A stretch of DNA of 64,000 nt, from NCBI GenBank assembly GCA_965237415.1, contig CBDEFM010000002.1:1504001-1568000 (forward strand), in the 5' to 3' direction. The DNA is from Alphaproteobacteria bacterium (GTDB taxonomy: Bacteria; Pseudomonadota; Alphaproteobacteria; UBA828). The notes under the pieces are model-generated. The model was given only the letters and a program-made list of their open reading frames with translations. It was not told the DNA's origin and searched no databases. Positions 30,188-40,581 of this stretch are shown here, piece by piece; position 1 is the stretch's first letter; each line of letters starts with the position of its first letter. The translations under genes and the position numbers were made by a program.

Positions 30188-32011
30188 ATGCAGGAGAAAA
30201 TCCAGTTCACGGAGGAGACCGTCGCAGCCGGCGTCGATCAAATCACGTTCGAGGTAATTCGTGGCGCCCTGCAGGCGGTGTGCAACGAGGCGGGCATCGT
30301 CCTTGCGAAGGGCGCCATGTCGATGGTCATCAATCAAGGGCGGGACTTCAGCGCTGCGGTGCTCACGCCGGACGGCGGTCTCGTGATGCAGGGCGAGGAG
30401 GACTTCCCCTGTTTCATCACCATGATGTCGCCGTCGACCAAGGCGATTGTCAAGGAATGCCCGAAGCAGGATATGCGTCCCGGCGACGTCTATATCTGCA
30501 ACGACCCCTACCGCGGCGGCACGCACAAGCCGGATGTCCGGATGCTTCGGCCCGTGTTCTGGGAAGACGAGATCGTGGCCTTCGTCAGCAACTCGGGCCA
30601 TTGGCCGGACGTGGGAGGGCAGACACCGGGGAGCTTCCCGGTGGATGCCTGCGATGCGATCGCCGAGGGCCTCTGCATCCCGCCGGTGAAGATCGCCTCC
30701 GACGATGCCATCGTCGACGACGTCGAGAAGCTTATTCTGGCCAATCTGCGTCTGCCGATGTCGTCGCGGGGCGACATCCGGGCGATGATTTCCTCGCTGC
30801 AGACCGGCGAGAAGCGGCTGCACGAGCTGTACGGCCGCTACGGCAAGCAAACCGTCGCCGCCGTCATGCGGGAGTACATTCGCTATTCGGAGCGGTTGCT
30901 GCGCTCCGCCATTCGCGCGTTGCCCGAGGGCAGCTTCACCTGGGCCGACTATATCGATGAGGACCCCGGCGTCGACGATGCCGACAAGAAGATGATCAAG
31001 GTGCAGCTCACCATCACGATCGAGAACGGCCGGCTGATCTACGACTTCAGCGAGTCGGACCCGCAGACCGCGGGCGGCGTCAACGCGCCCATTTCGATGA
31101 CGATGTCGGCATGCTTCATCGCCACCAAGGCAATGTTCCCCGAGATTCCGGTCAATGAAGGCGTCTACGACGCGATCGACATCATCGCGCCGGAGGGCAG
31201 CGTCGTGAATTGCCGCTACCCGGCGCCGGTCGTGGGCTGCCAGTCGGGGGCTTACCAGAAGATCGTGAACTGCGTGTTCGGGTGCTTCTCCCAGGTGACG
31301 CCGGAGCGGGTCATCGCCTCCTCCCCCAGCCTGATCAATGTCGTGCTTGGCGGTGTCGATACCAGGGAGAGCTCGCCGCTCAAGGGCACGCCCTACGTGT
31401 TCTATTGCTGGACCGAGGGCGGTTACGGCGCGCGCGCCGCACGCGACAACAAGACCTTCATTGCGCTCTATGCCTCGGGCACGCGCAACCAGCCGGTCGA
31501 GATGTTCGAGCAGCAATTCCCGATCACATGGGAAAAATACGAGCTCGCCGCGGATTCGGGCGGGCCGGGCAAATATCGGGGCGGTCTGGGTGTCGAACGC
31601 GTCATCCACATGGATGGCGAGATCGGCACGGCCTCCGTCATGGGCGATGGCGAGCTCAATGCAGGCTGGGGGCTCTTCGGCGGTAAGGCCGGCCACGGCC
31701 AGAGGCTGGTACGCAACATGGGAAGCGCCGAGGAGTTCAATATCGGGATGTTCCGGTCAGGTGCCAAGGTCCGGCAGGGCGACAAGATCGACCTGTGGTC
31801 CGGCGGCGGTGGCGGCTACGGCGATCCGCTGGAACGAGACCCCGCCGCCGTCATGGAGGACGTGAAGGACGGCTATGTGAGCATCGATGGTGCGCTTCGG
31901 GACTACGGCGTTGTCGTCCGCGAAATCGACTGGGAGGCGCTCGAGTACGAGCTCGACCTCGATGCGACGCGCACGGCCCGCCGGGATATGAGAGCGGCGG
32001 CGGCCGAGTAG
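30188..32011 (+). CDS. Hydantoinase/oxoprolinase subunit B
   Basis: RDFSAA, NDPYRGGTHKPD, HWPDVGG, EGL, DSGGPGKYRGG, GGGGYGDPLER. Confidence 0.93.
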   Translation: MQEKIQFTEETVAAGVDQITFEVIRGALQAVCNEAGIVLAKGAMSMVINQGRDFSAAVLTPDGGLVMQGEEDFPCFITMMSPSTKAIVKECPKQDMRPGDVYICNDPYRGGTHKPDVRMLRPVFWEDEIVAFVSNSGHWPDVGGQTPGSFPVDACDAIAEGLCIPPVKIASDDAIVDDVEKLILANLRLPMSSRGDIRAMISSLQTGEKRLHELYGRYGKQTVAAVMREYIRYSERLLRSAIRALPEGSFTWADYIDEDPGVDDADKKMIKVQLTITIENGRLIYDFSESDPQTAGGVNAPISMTMSACFIATKAMFPEIPVNEGVYDAIDIIAPEGSVVNCRYPAPVVGCQSGAYQKIVNCVFGCFSQVTPERVIASSPSLINVVLGGVDTRESSPLKGTPYVFYCWTEGGYGARAARDNKTFIALYASGTRNQPVEMFEQQFPITWEKYELAADSGGPGKYRGGLGVERVIHMDGEIGTASVMGDGELNAGWGLFGGKAGHGQRLVRNMGSAEEFNIGMFRSGAKVRQGDKIDLWSGGGGGYGDPLERDPAAVMEDVKDGYVSIDGALRDYGVVVREIDWEALEYELDLDATRTARRDMRAAAAE

Positions 32012-32025
32012 GAAGGCGCGGCGCC

Positions 32026-32961
32026 ATGGCCGAGCACACCGGAATCGCTTTTCGCGACGGGGCGTATCTTCCGGTCGAGGATCTCTCGATCTCCGTTCTC
32101 GATCCCGCCTTCTGCCGCAGCGACGTCGTCTTCGACGTGGTCTCGGTGTCCGACCGCGCTTTCTTCCGCCTCGACGATCACATGGCCCGCTTTCGCGCGT
32201 CTTGCGATCACGTCTACATGGTCTCGCCCTATCCGGACGCCGAAATGGCGCACATCATGGCACAGTGCGTGGATCGCGCGGGTCTTTCCGACGCGCTCGT
32301 CTATGCGCTGTGCACCCGCGGCCGGTACAGCGACGGCCGCGCCCAGGGCGACCCCCGCTTCTGCGAGAACGAGTTCATCGCCTATGCGGTGCCCTACTAC
32401 ACGACGGTGCCGGAATCGTGCGCGCGGGGGGGTGTCCACCTCTGGGTCGCGGAAACACGCCGCGTGCCCGACGCCGCCATCGACCAGCGGGTGAAGAACT
32501 TCAACCGCATGGACCTGACACGCGCCCAGTTCGAGGCGTTGAACGCGGGAGCCGACGCTCCGCTACTCTGCTCGACCGAGGGGTACATTGCGGAGGGGCC
32601 AGGCTTCAACCTCTGGCTCTTGCGCGGGCGTACGGCATTCACGCCACGCGACAATCTGCTCGAGGGCATCACGCGCAAGACGGTGTTCGAGCTCTGCGCC
32701 GAAGCGGGTCTGGCGGCGGAGGCGACCGACCTGACGCCGGGCGATCTCGACGACGCCAACGAGATGTTCATCTGCTCATCGGCGGGCGGGCTGATGCCTG
32801 TTACCCGCCTCAACGGGAGAACCATCGGCAACGGCGCGCCCGGCATCACCACGAGCCAGCTTCGCGATCTCTATTGGCGCAAGCGTGCTCAGGGTTGGTA
32901 CGCAACCGATGTTGCTTACCTGCTAGAGCTGTCGCCGGCCAGGCGCGCGATCGCCGAGTAG
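32026..32961 (+). CDS. Aminotransferase class IV, (R)-amine transaminase-like
   Basis: SISVLDPAFCRSDVVFDV, FFRLDDH, VKNF (PLP Lys), EGPGFN, LEGITR, CSSAGG, GAPGITT. Confidence 0.85.
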   Translation: MAEHTGIAFRDGAYLPVEDLSISVLDPAFCRSDVVFDVVSVSDRAFFRLDDHMARFRASCDHVYMVSPYPDAEMAHIMAQCVDRAGLSDALVYALCTRGRYSDGRAQGDPRFCENEFIAYAVPYYTTVPESCARGGVHLWVAETRRVPDAAIDQRVKNFNRMDLTRAQFEALNAGADAPLLCSTEGYIAEGPGFNLWLLRGRTAFTPRDNLLEGITRKTVFELCAEAGLAAEATDLTPGDLDDANEMFICSSAGGLMPVTRLNGRTIGNGAPGITTSQLRDLYWRKRAQGWYATDVAYLLELSPARRAIAE

Positions 32962-33027
32962 GGCAGGAGTCCGCGGTGCGCTCCGGGCCCGGCATACCGG
33001 CCCTGAGGCCAAATGCCGGGATGGCTC

Positions 33028-33210
33028 TCAGCGCAACACAAACGGGTTGGGCACTTCGCTCGCGGTGCTGATCCAGACGCTCTTCGTCTGCAGGTACTCG
33101 CGGATTGCTTCTGCGCCGTTTTCCCGCCCCAGTCCGCTCATCTTGTAGCCGCCAAAGGGGGACATGAAGCTGATCGCCCGGTAGGTATTGACTACACGGT
33201 GCCAGCCTGG
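33028..33210 (-). pseudogene. Aldehyde dehydrogenase C-terminal remnant
   Basis: QAGTV*VNTYRAISFMSP/GGYKMSGLGRENGAEAIREYLQTKSVWI...NPFVLR; TAG in place of Trp and a frameshift. Confidence 0.85.
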
Positions 33211-33646
33211 AGGGGCGGGCAGTCGATCCAGTCGAGCTCGGCCAGGATCGTCTCCGGGTCAACGCCATGGACAAGGCCGTTGACGATGTCCGCGGGATGC
33301 TCGCCGGGTTCCGGCTGGCCGGAGCGGGGATCGAGGACGATCACGCGACAGCGGAAACGCGGCGGCCAGGTGTGGATTTCTGTGTGATTTCACGAGCGGG
33401 CGCTGAACTCTTGGCAGGCAGATTGTGGGTCAGTCGGTGTGACTGTCGCAATGGGCGGGCCGGCGATCGATCAGAATCGGGTTAATGCCGTTACGGTATT
33501 CGAATCTGCAATCTTCTCCCTGCGGCGTCGCGGGCCGCCCCGCCTCGTTCCGCGACCCCGCCGGGACCTGCGCCATGAGGCGTCGAGGAGGAACGTGCGG
33601 GTCGCGGCCGCTGCAGACTCCGGCAGGTCTTCGCAGTCGGATCCGG

Positions 33647-36272
33647 CTACCACCGGGCCGAGAGCCGGGCGCCGATGCGGTGCTCCGCCGGGCCGCCGCC
33701 GCCGGCCGTCTCGATCCGGCGCGCCTCGGTCGACAGCTGGAACCTGCCGGAGCCGCGGGACCCGTCGTCCGCCAGGCGCCAGCCCAGGATATACTCCCGG
33801 CCCGTGCCGGAGAGGCCGAGGCCGATCTCCGGGACAGAAGCGAAGCGGCCGCCCCAGGCCGGGAAACCATAGCCGAACCTTGCCTCCAGCCGGCTGTTCC
33901 GCAGGTCGCCATGATCGCCCGGCCCTGACCCGGAGCCGGGCTGCGCCGCCAGACCCGTCAGCGTACCGCGCGCCAGCAGTGCATCCGCTCCGCCCGAGGC
34001 CGGACCGCCGACCGTCCGGGTCAGGGACAGCGCCGGGCCGCGCGCCGAGGACGGTTTCGGGTCCCAGGCGAGCGAGCCGGAGAAGCCGCGCTGGCGGAAG
34101 CCCTTCGCCTCGTGGGTGAGCAGGCCGCGCCCGTGCAGCTCGATCTGCAGGCCGTGCTTCGCCACGGTCCAGGCGATGCCGCCGCCCATGTCGACGCCGA
34201 AACCGGTCTCGGCATCGGCGCCGTCGTGGCGCATGCCGATCTCGAAGGACGGCGTCAGGGCCCCTCCGGCGCCGAGGCTGAAGGGCCGCGCTCCTTCCAG
34301 GCCGAGGCGCAACCGGGTGACCGTGGCCCGGGCGGCGGCCAGGTTGCCGCCGTCGGACCCGGACGCCGCCCCCGACTCCGTCTGCACGATCAGCGCGTCG
34401 GTCTTGCCGGTCAGGGCGAAGCCGTTCCGACCGCCCTCGACCAGCTCGCGGCGAAGCCCGGCGGCTGCCATCCGCAGGTCCAGGTCCGTGCGGATCGTGG
34501 CGCCGTCCTCGTCCGTTCCCGGCTTTTTGGGCGTCACCGTGAGCTCGCCCGTGCCGTAGCCGGCGACGCCCCAGACATCGACCCCCTCGGAGAGCGCAAG
34601 CCGCCCCCAGGGCCAGAGGCCGGTGAGCGTCGCCTCGACGCGGCCCTGGCTGTTGCCGGCATAGTCGCCCTCGCCGACGCTGCGCGAGACGATCAGCCCG
34701 GCGGTCCAGGCGCCTGCCCCGGAGCCCGACCTGTCCCGGCCTCCGAGCCGGGATCCGGGATCCCGGGACCAGTCGAGGCCGACCATGCCGCTCGCGACCT
34801 CGCCGTCGAGCGACAGGCTGCCCTCGCGGCCGTCGAAGCGGGTAACGGCGCCTCGTCCCCACAGGGAGACGGTTTCGCGCGTCCGGGTTTCCATGGTGAG
34901 CGAGAAGGACGAACCGGCCGGCAGGTCGCGCCCGGCTCCCAACCGGTCCGACGGGCCCGCGGCCTCGCCCGAATCCCGATCTTTCCCGGATTCCGAACCG
35001 GCAACCGGACCCTGATTGCCGACCCGATGGCCGGCGAGCGGCAATTCGATGCCGGGCCGGCGCGCCGCCCGCAGCCGGTTGGCCAGGTCCTGCACCGTGC
35101 GTTGCGCCCCGGCCTCCGTTTCCCGTGTCCGGTCTTCCCCGGACGCCGCATCCCCGCCCGACCCCGCTCCGAACAGCGGCCCGAGCCCGATCCGCCGCCC
35201 GGCGAGGCGCGCCTCGCCGCCGGGCACCCGCGTCGCCCGCACCCGGGCGTCCGCCGCATCCAATACCTGCTCGGCCACCGTGCGCCCGAAGCGCGCGATC
35301 CACGCCGTCGGCATCTTGTCGGTGTTGGAGATCGTCCCGGTCGCGGTCGGGTCCGCCACGCTCATATGCAACGGGCTCAGGTTCCACACCGTCAGCGTCA
35401 GCGTCTCCGAGCCCTCGTCCAGCTCGTCGTCCAGCACCGGCACGGAGACCGTCTTCTCCGTCTGCCGGGGCGAGAAGGTCAGCCAGCCGGAAGTCTCCCT
35501 GTAGTCCGATCCGGCCCTGGCCGTGCCGTCCGAGGTCGCAAAGCGCACTGTCACCGTCTCCGAAAGCGCCCGGCTCAGCGTCACGGCGAAATCCAGAGAC
35601 GCGCCCCGGGCCTGTCCGGGCATCGTTGACCGACACCGCGGGCGCTGTGGTTCGGGCACGGCCACAAGGCCCGCGGGTCAGGTGCCCTGCGCAATTGCGC
35701 ACGTCGCCCAGATCGAGCCAGGGAACGGTAATCCTGGTCGGCATGTAGGGGTAAAACTCAGGGGGAGGAACGGTCATCCAGCATTCGGCGGAGATGGTGC
35801 AGTTGTAGTTTTCGCCGGAAATGGCGGCGATGGCTCTTGGGCGCGCGCAGGTCCGGGCCGCCGGACTCACTTGCATGAAACGCGCAAGGCAACCCGCATC
35901 GGTAACCACGTCGGACCTGTTGCAGAGCGCGCCGGTGTCGGAGCAGCAGGAGATACCCCGGATCCGGTGGCGGGTGTCGCCGTCCCTCGGAAGGCTGTCA
36001 TTCAGATGGAGCGTACGGTCCATGGCAGATTTCAGGTCGACCTTGGCCACGACCTTCCCGTATTCCGGGCACATGTTCCGGACATGGTACGGGCTCTTCT
36101 TGAGCAGGCCCCGGTTCTTCCACCAGGCGCTCAGGCATTCGGAGTCCCTGTGGTCCACCCTGTTCCCGGCGCTGCATGAAGCCTCCGCCGTCGTTGCCGG
36201 AAGCAACATGAACGCCGCGGCAAGAAGTGCGACCGCCAGGACTCCCGTGCGGAAGGTGCTTGCTTCGGCCAT
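33647..36272 (-). pseudogene. Cys-rich secreted domain + Calx-beta + autotransporter-like beta domain (copy 2, one frameshift)
   Basis: Signal peptide ending TAEA; Cys-rich domain; frameshift about 35605; FATSDGTARAGSDY...DDELDEGSETLTL; TRLRLGLEG, RHDGADAETGFG, terminal IGARLSARW. Confidence 0.85.
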
Positions 36273-36362
36273 TCCGGCGCTCCCCTGCGATCCAGGAGGC
36301 GCGTCCCAGAAGGATGCGCTACCTAATCAGGTGGGGAGGCCTGCCGGCGCAACCAGACGGAT

Positions 36363-36385
36363 TTTCCAATGGGGTCTATTGGAAA
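36363..36385. promoter_or_regulatory. Palindromic operator-like site upstream of copy 2
   Basis: TTTCCAAT-N7-ATTGGAAA. Confidence 0.45.
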
Positions 36386-36391
36386 TTAATA

Positions 36392-37421
36392 GGCTCAATT
36401 CGCAAACCGTAGGCACCGGCGGTAGAATGGTTCCCGATTCGCGTGGGAGGTCAGGCAGATGGATCACGAGCGGTTTCGGGACTGGTTCTCGCATGTTGAT
36501 GAGTTGACGGCGGCGCAGCGCAAGGAGGTCGCGACGGTGCTGTCGGACCCGCCGGAGGGCGCGGCCTCGCTGGCGGCGATCGAGTTGGGCGTGGATGACG
36601 AGCGGCGCTGTCCACATTGCGGCAGCGCCGGGGCGGTGTCGCGGGGCAAGGCGCGCGGTCTGCGCCGCTATCGGTGCAAGACCTGCGGTAAGACATTCGG
36701 CGCGCTCACGGGCACGGCGCTGTCGGGGCTGCACCACAAGGAGCGCTGGCTGGCCTTCGGCGCCTCGCTTGGCGAAGGCGAGACGATCCGAGAGGCAGCC
36801 GAGCGCTGCGGGATTGCGCCGAGCACGGCGTTTCGCTGGCGCCACCGCTTCCTGGCGGCGGTGCGCCAGGCGCCGGACCGGCTTGCCGGGATCGTCGAGG
36901 CGGACGAGACCTTCGTTCTCGAGAGCCGGAAGGGGGAGCGGAAGCTGGACCGCAAGCCGCGCCGGCGCGGCGGCAAGGCCCGCAAACGCGGTCTCTCGCG
37001 CGAGCAGGTGCCGGTTCTGGTCGCCGCCGACCGTGCCGGCGCGACCCTCAGCCAAACCCTGCCCGCTCTCAACGCAAAGAGCGTGAAGGAGGCGCTGGAG
37101 CCGGTCGTCGCCCGCGATGCCTTGCTCGTCTCCGACGCCAACCGCTGCTATCCGCCCGTCGCAGCGGCGCTCGACATCCCGCACGAGAGCATCAACGGCG
37201 CCGCCGGCGAGCGGGTTCGCGGCGCCCTGCACATCCAGACGGTCAACAGCCGCCACAGCCAGATCAAGGGCTTCCTGCGGGGCTTCCGCGGCATCGCCAC
37301 CGAGTACCTCGACAGCTATCTCAGGTGGTTCCATCTCATCGAACTCGGCGACCAGCCATCGCCCAGAGCGTGTCTCAAGGCGGCAATGGCCAGACCATGC
37401 CTACGCTTCGCTAATTGAGCC
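36392..37421 (+). mobile_element. IS1595-family insertion sequence, intact
   Basis: IRs GGCTCAATTCGCAAACCGTAGGCA / TGCCTACGCTTCGCTAATTGAGCC; 8-bp TSD AATTAATA at 36384-36391 and 37422-37429. Confidence 0.95.
36459..37418 (+). CDS. IS1595-family transposase
   Basis: CPHC...RYRCKTC zinc ribbon, HTH, VEADET, LVSD, HIQTVNS, FRGIAT. Confidence 0.93.
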   Translation: MDHERFRDWFSHVDELTAAQRKEVATVLSDPPEGAASLAAIELGVDDERRCPHCGSAGAVSRGKARGLRRYRCKTCGKTFGALTGTALSGLHHKERWLAFGASLGEGETIREAAERCGIAPSTAFRWRHRFLAAVRQAPDRLAGIVEADETFVLESRKGERKLDRKPRRRGGKARKRGLSREQVPVLVAADRAGATLSQTLPALNAKSVKEALEPVVARDALLVSDANRCYPPVAAALDIPHESINGAAGERVRGALHIQTVNSRHSQIKGFLRGFRGIATEYLDSYLRWFHLIELGDQPSPRACLKAAMARPCLRFAN

Positions 37422-37669
37422 AATTAATATGAGCAGCCCCGCGCCAGACCTGCCGACAACGGTCGAACTGAACAGCACCCGTCAGGTCGGTCCGTCCCCC
37501 GGACAAATCCAACGAACCCCGCCCCGCGTGGGACGCATTATGGAGTTACACCGATTCCCGGTACCCGGAACCACCCGGTCCAGCGGCTAAACGGCTCCTG
37601 CGCAGACTCAACGCTCGTGACGGCACGCGCCACCACCTCAATGCGGCGTTGCACTCATGAGCGTAGATT

Positions 37670-37921
37670 GTGGGTCTGAGGGTTTCGCTTCAGACCTCTG
37701 GATCGCCAGACTTGAGCAGGGAAGCCCTGGCCGAACAATGGAGCTTCGGGTTCGAGACGCCGATTACTAACTTCACCTTCGTCGACCTCAAGCCGGACAC
37801 CGAGTACGAGTTCCAGGTTCGCATCAGGACTGCAGCCGGCGAAGGCCCGCCCGCGCTCTTCAGGGTGCGCACCGGCCCGACGGGGAACAGCGGCAACGTG
37901 ATCCCGTTCCCGAAGCACTGA
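37670..37921 (+). pseudogene. Fibronectin type III domain fragment
   Basis: FTFVDLKPDTEYEFQVRIRTAAGEGPP, FN3 C-terminal strands only. Confidence 0.7.
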
Positions 37922-37994
37922 CCCCGCGGGCTCCGCGCCTGCCGATTCATCCCGCCGCAGGGCCGCCCGCCGGCCCCTGGCTCGGCGGAGAGCG

Positions 37995-38026
37995 GTTCGA
38001 ACGAACCCTCGTTCGAACGAACCCTC
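37995..38026. repeat. 16-bp tandem duplication GTTCGAACGAACCCTC x2
   Basis: Exact adjacent copies. Confidence 0.9.
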
Positions 38027-38085
38027 TGAGACGCTGCCGTGACAGCCAGGGTTGCTAAGGAACCGCGAGCCGAGACGGCCGGTGA

Positions 38086-38547
38086 TCAGCTCTTGAGAGC
38101 GACCACCGCTTCGATCTCGACCGGTATCTGGAACGGCAACGAGTTCATGCCGATCGCCGAGCGCGCGCACCGGCCCGGCTCCCCAAAGATATCGACCATC
38201 AGAGTCGAGAATCCGTCGATGACTTTCGGATGGTGCTCGAAGTCTGGCGCCGCGTTCACCATGCCGAGAACCTTGACAAAACGCTCCACCCGGTCGAGGT
38301 CGCCGATCACCGCCCTGAGGCTCGACAGAAGGTTCAGCCCGACCAGGCGGGCTGCCTCGACCGCCTCCTCGATGCTCACCTCGGTCGGGACCTTGCCGGT
38401 CAGATGGCCGCCGTCCGCGCGGCGCGGCCCATGCCCCGCGATGAACACGAGATTGCCGGTGACGACCGCACCGACGTAGGCGCCCAGGGGCGGAGGCGGC
38501 GCGGGCAATGTGATGGCAAGTTCCGTCAACCGTGCTTCGATGGTCAT
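38086..38547 (-). CDS. RidA/YjgF family protein
   Basis: PPLGAYV, FIAGHGP, HPKVIDGFS, ARSAIG, PVEIE. Confidence 0.9.
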   Translation of the reverse strand: MTIEARLTELAITLPAPPPPLGAYVGAVVTGNLVFIAGHGPRRADGGHLTGKVPTEVSIEEAVEAARLVGLNLLSSLRAVIGDLDRVERFVKVLGMVNAAPDFEHHPKVIDGFSTLMVDIFGEPGRCARSAIGMNSLPFQIPVEIEAVVALKS

Positions 38548-38706
38548 GTTGCCTCCTTTTTGTGACCGGCCGATCCCGGTCCGCCCTTATCCGACATTCC
38601 CCGAATACACGCTGGTTCCGACCGTCAGAACAGGCAACTTGAAGCAACAGCTTGAGAAAGTCCTGGTGAGGGCCGGGCGGACCCTCGGCGACGGGGCGGT
38701 GAAAGG

Positions 38707-40413
38707 CTAGTCCGGGTCTGCGGGCGGATTGGACAAGCGATCCAGAATGTCGGCGAGGCGGCTGGGATCGGCGCTTGGCATGCCGATCTCCTTGAGCAGC
38801 GCGTCAATGATCGGGGCCTGAGCCCGGTATCGTAGCGCGCTATCGGTCAGCTGCTCGGCGTAGTTGCCTGGGCCGCTGCCTTCGCCCCGGCTCCCGGTCG
38901 AGCCGGCACCGAGGCCATCGACGTGCACGATCTTGATCCCTTCGATCTTTTCGAGGGGCTTGACGGTCTCGCCGATAATCTCCTGCAGCCGCTCGATGAT
39001 CGCCATCTTGACCTTGAGCTCGATCAGTTCGGGCGTGAGCGCGGTATCGGCTTCGTGCATGGCGCGTTGGGCCTTGGCCTCTACCGCGCTGCGCACGTCC
39101 GCGGCATCGGCGCGCTGCTTCTCGGCGTCTGCCTCGGCCAGGGCAAGAAGGCGTACGCGGTTTGCCTCGCTCTCGGTCTGGATGTGGTTGGTCTCGGCCA
39201 ACTCCGCGGCCGCTTGGCGCCGGGCCTCGGCGGAGACCACGACGCCGATCGCGGTGCGTTCCGCCTCCTGTCGCGCCGCAACCAGCTCGATCTCCTTCTG
39301 CCGCTCGGCCCGTTCCACCTCGCGCACCGTGGCGACGGTCTCGCTCGCCCGAACCGCCTCTGAGCGGGCCGTCTCGGCCTCGGCCTGGGCGTGCGATTGA
39401 TCCTTCGATCGCTCCGCCACCGAGATATCTCGTTCGAACCGGGCCAGTTCGATCGTGGCGTCGCGGGCGATCTCGTGCTCACGCACCTTCTGCTCCGAAT
39501 CGAGACGCGCCTCGTTGACGATTCGCTCGGAGGTGATCTGGGTCAATTCGATCTGCTCGCGCGCATTGACCCGAGACTCTTCAATATGCCGGTCCCGCTC
39601 CGCCTCCTCCGCCGCGATCTCCGACTTCTGCTGCGCGCGCCGAATCGCGATCTCCTTCTGCTGCTGAAGGCGAGCATGCTCTTCCTGCTTGGTGATCTCG
39701 AGCTTGAGGCGCTCCGCTTGGAGGTTCTTCTCCTGGATCGCGACCTCGGCGTCCTGCTCGATCTCGTTGCGCGCCCGGCGCCGCGTCTCGATCTCCGCAG
39801 TCAGCTTGGTCAGGCCCTCCGCGTCGAACGCATTGTTGGGGTTGAAGTACTCGCGGCTCGCCTGATCGAGGCCCGTGAGCGAGATCGATTCGAGCTCCAG
39901 GCCGTTGTGCGCGATCTCCTCCGTCAACGTGGCCCGAACCGTCCGGACGAAGTCGATGCGCTGCTCGTGCAACTGCTGCATGTCCCGCTCGGCCGCGACC
40001 GAGCGCAGCGCGTCGACGAACTTCCCTTCCAGCAGCGGCCGCAGCTGCTCCGCATCGAGGGTCTTCGAGCCGAGGGTCTGCGCGGCAGCGCCGATGGCCT
40101 CTGCATTGGGACGGACTCGGACGAAGAACTCCGCCGTAACGTTAACCCGCATGCGATCACGGGTGATCAGCGCGTGCTCGTCCCCGCGCGCGAGGTCGAG
40201 CAGCAGGGTCTTCATGTTGACAGGGGTGGTGTTGTGTAGAACCGGCAGAACGAACGCGCCGCTGTTCATGACGATCTTCTCGCCGCCGAGCCCGGTACGC
40301 ACGAACGACATCTCCTTCGATGCGCGATCGTAGAGCCACCAGAACAAGAGCCACGCGATCCCGATGACGGCAAGGATCACCACGACTATCAGGACGATAC
40401 CGCCTGCACCCAT
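38707..40413 (-). CDS. Flotillin (SPFH) family protein
   Basis: N-terminal TM, FVRTGLGG, LITRDRMRV, LEGKFVDALRSVAA, NNAFDAEGL, coiled coil, VKPLEKIEGIKI. Confidence 0.92.
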   Translation of the reverse strand: MGAGGIVLIVVVILAVIGIAWLLFWWLYDRASKEMSFVRTGLGGEKIVMNSGAFVLPVLHNTTPVNMKTLLLDLARGDEHALITRDRMRVNVTAEFFVRVRPNAEAIGAAAQTLGSKTLDAEQLRPLLEGKFVDALRSVAAERDMQQLHEQRIDFVRTVRATLTEEIAHNGLELESISLTGLDQASREYFNPNNAFDAEGLTKLTAEIETRRRARNEIEQDAEVAIQEKNLQAERLKLEITKQEEHARLQQQKEIAIRRAQQKSEIAAEEAERDRHIEESRVNAREQIELTQITSERIVNEARLDSEQKVREHEIARDATIELARFERDISVAERSKDQSHAQAEAETARSEAVRASETVATVREVERAERQKEIELVAARQEAERTAIGVVVSAEARRQAAAELAETNHIQTESEANRVRLLALAEADAEKQRADAADVRSAVEAKAQRAMHEADTALTPELIELKVKMAIIERLQEIIGETVKPLEKIEGIKIVHVDGLGAGSTGSRGEGSGPGNYAEQLTDSALRYRAQAPIIDALLKEIGMPSADPSRLADILDRLSNPPADPD

Positions 40414-40581
40414 TGCTACGATCTCCCCTGTCGCGACCTTGGCCGCGTGGCTGGCGGTCGCCGAGCGTTGTCGAAACTATTACGGAACTTGTCTCGGCAT
40501 GCCAGCGTCAATACCCTGCCAGACCGAATGACGGCGCGCAGGCTCCAAGGATAGCCGCCGGACCAAACCGCGAAGGCAGGC

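Noticed and set aside
33471-36272. 933-aa ORF as a real protein
   Set aside because: After about residue 220 it becomes Arg/Gly/Pro-rich shadow translation; the coding signal moves to the 33647-35665 frame.
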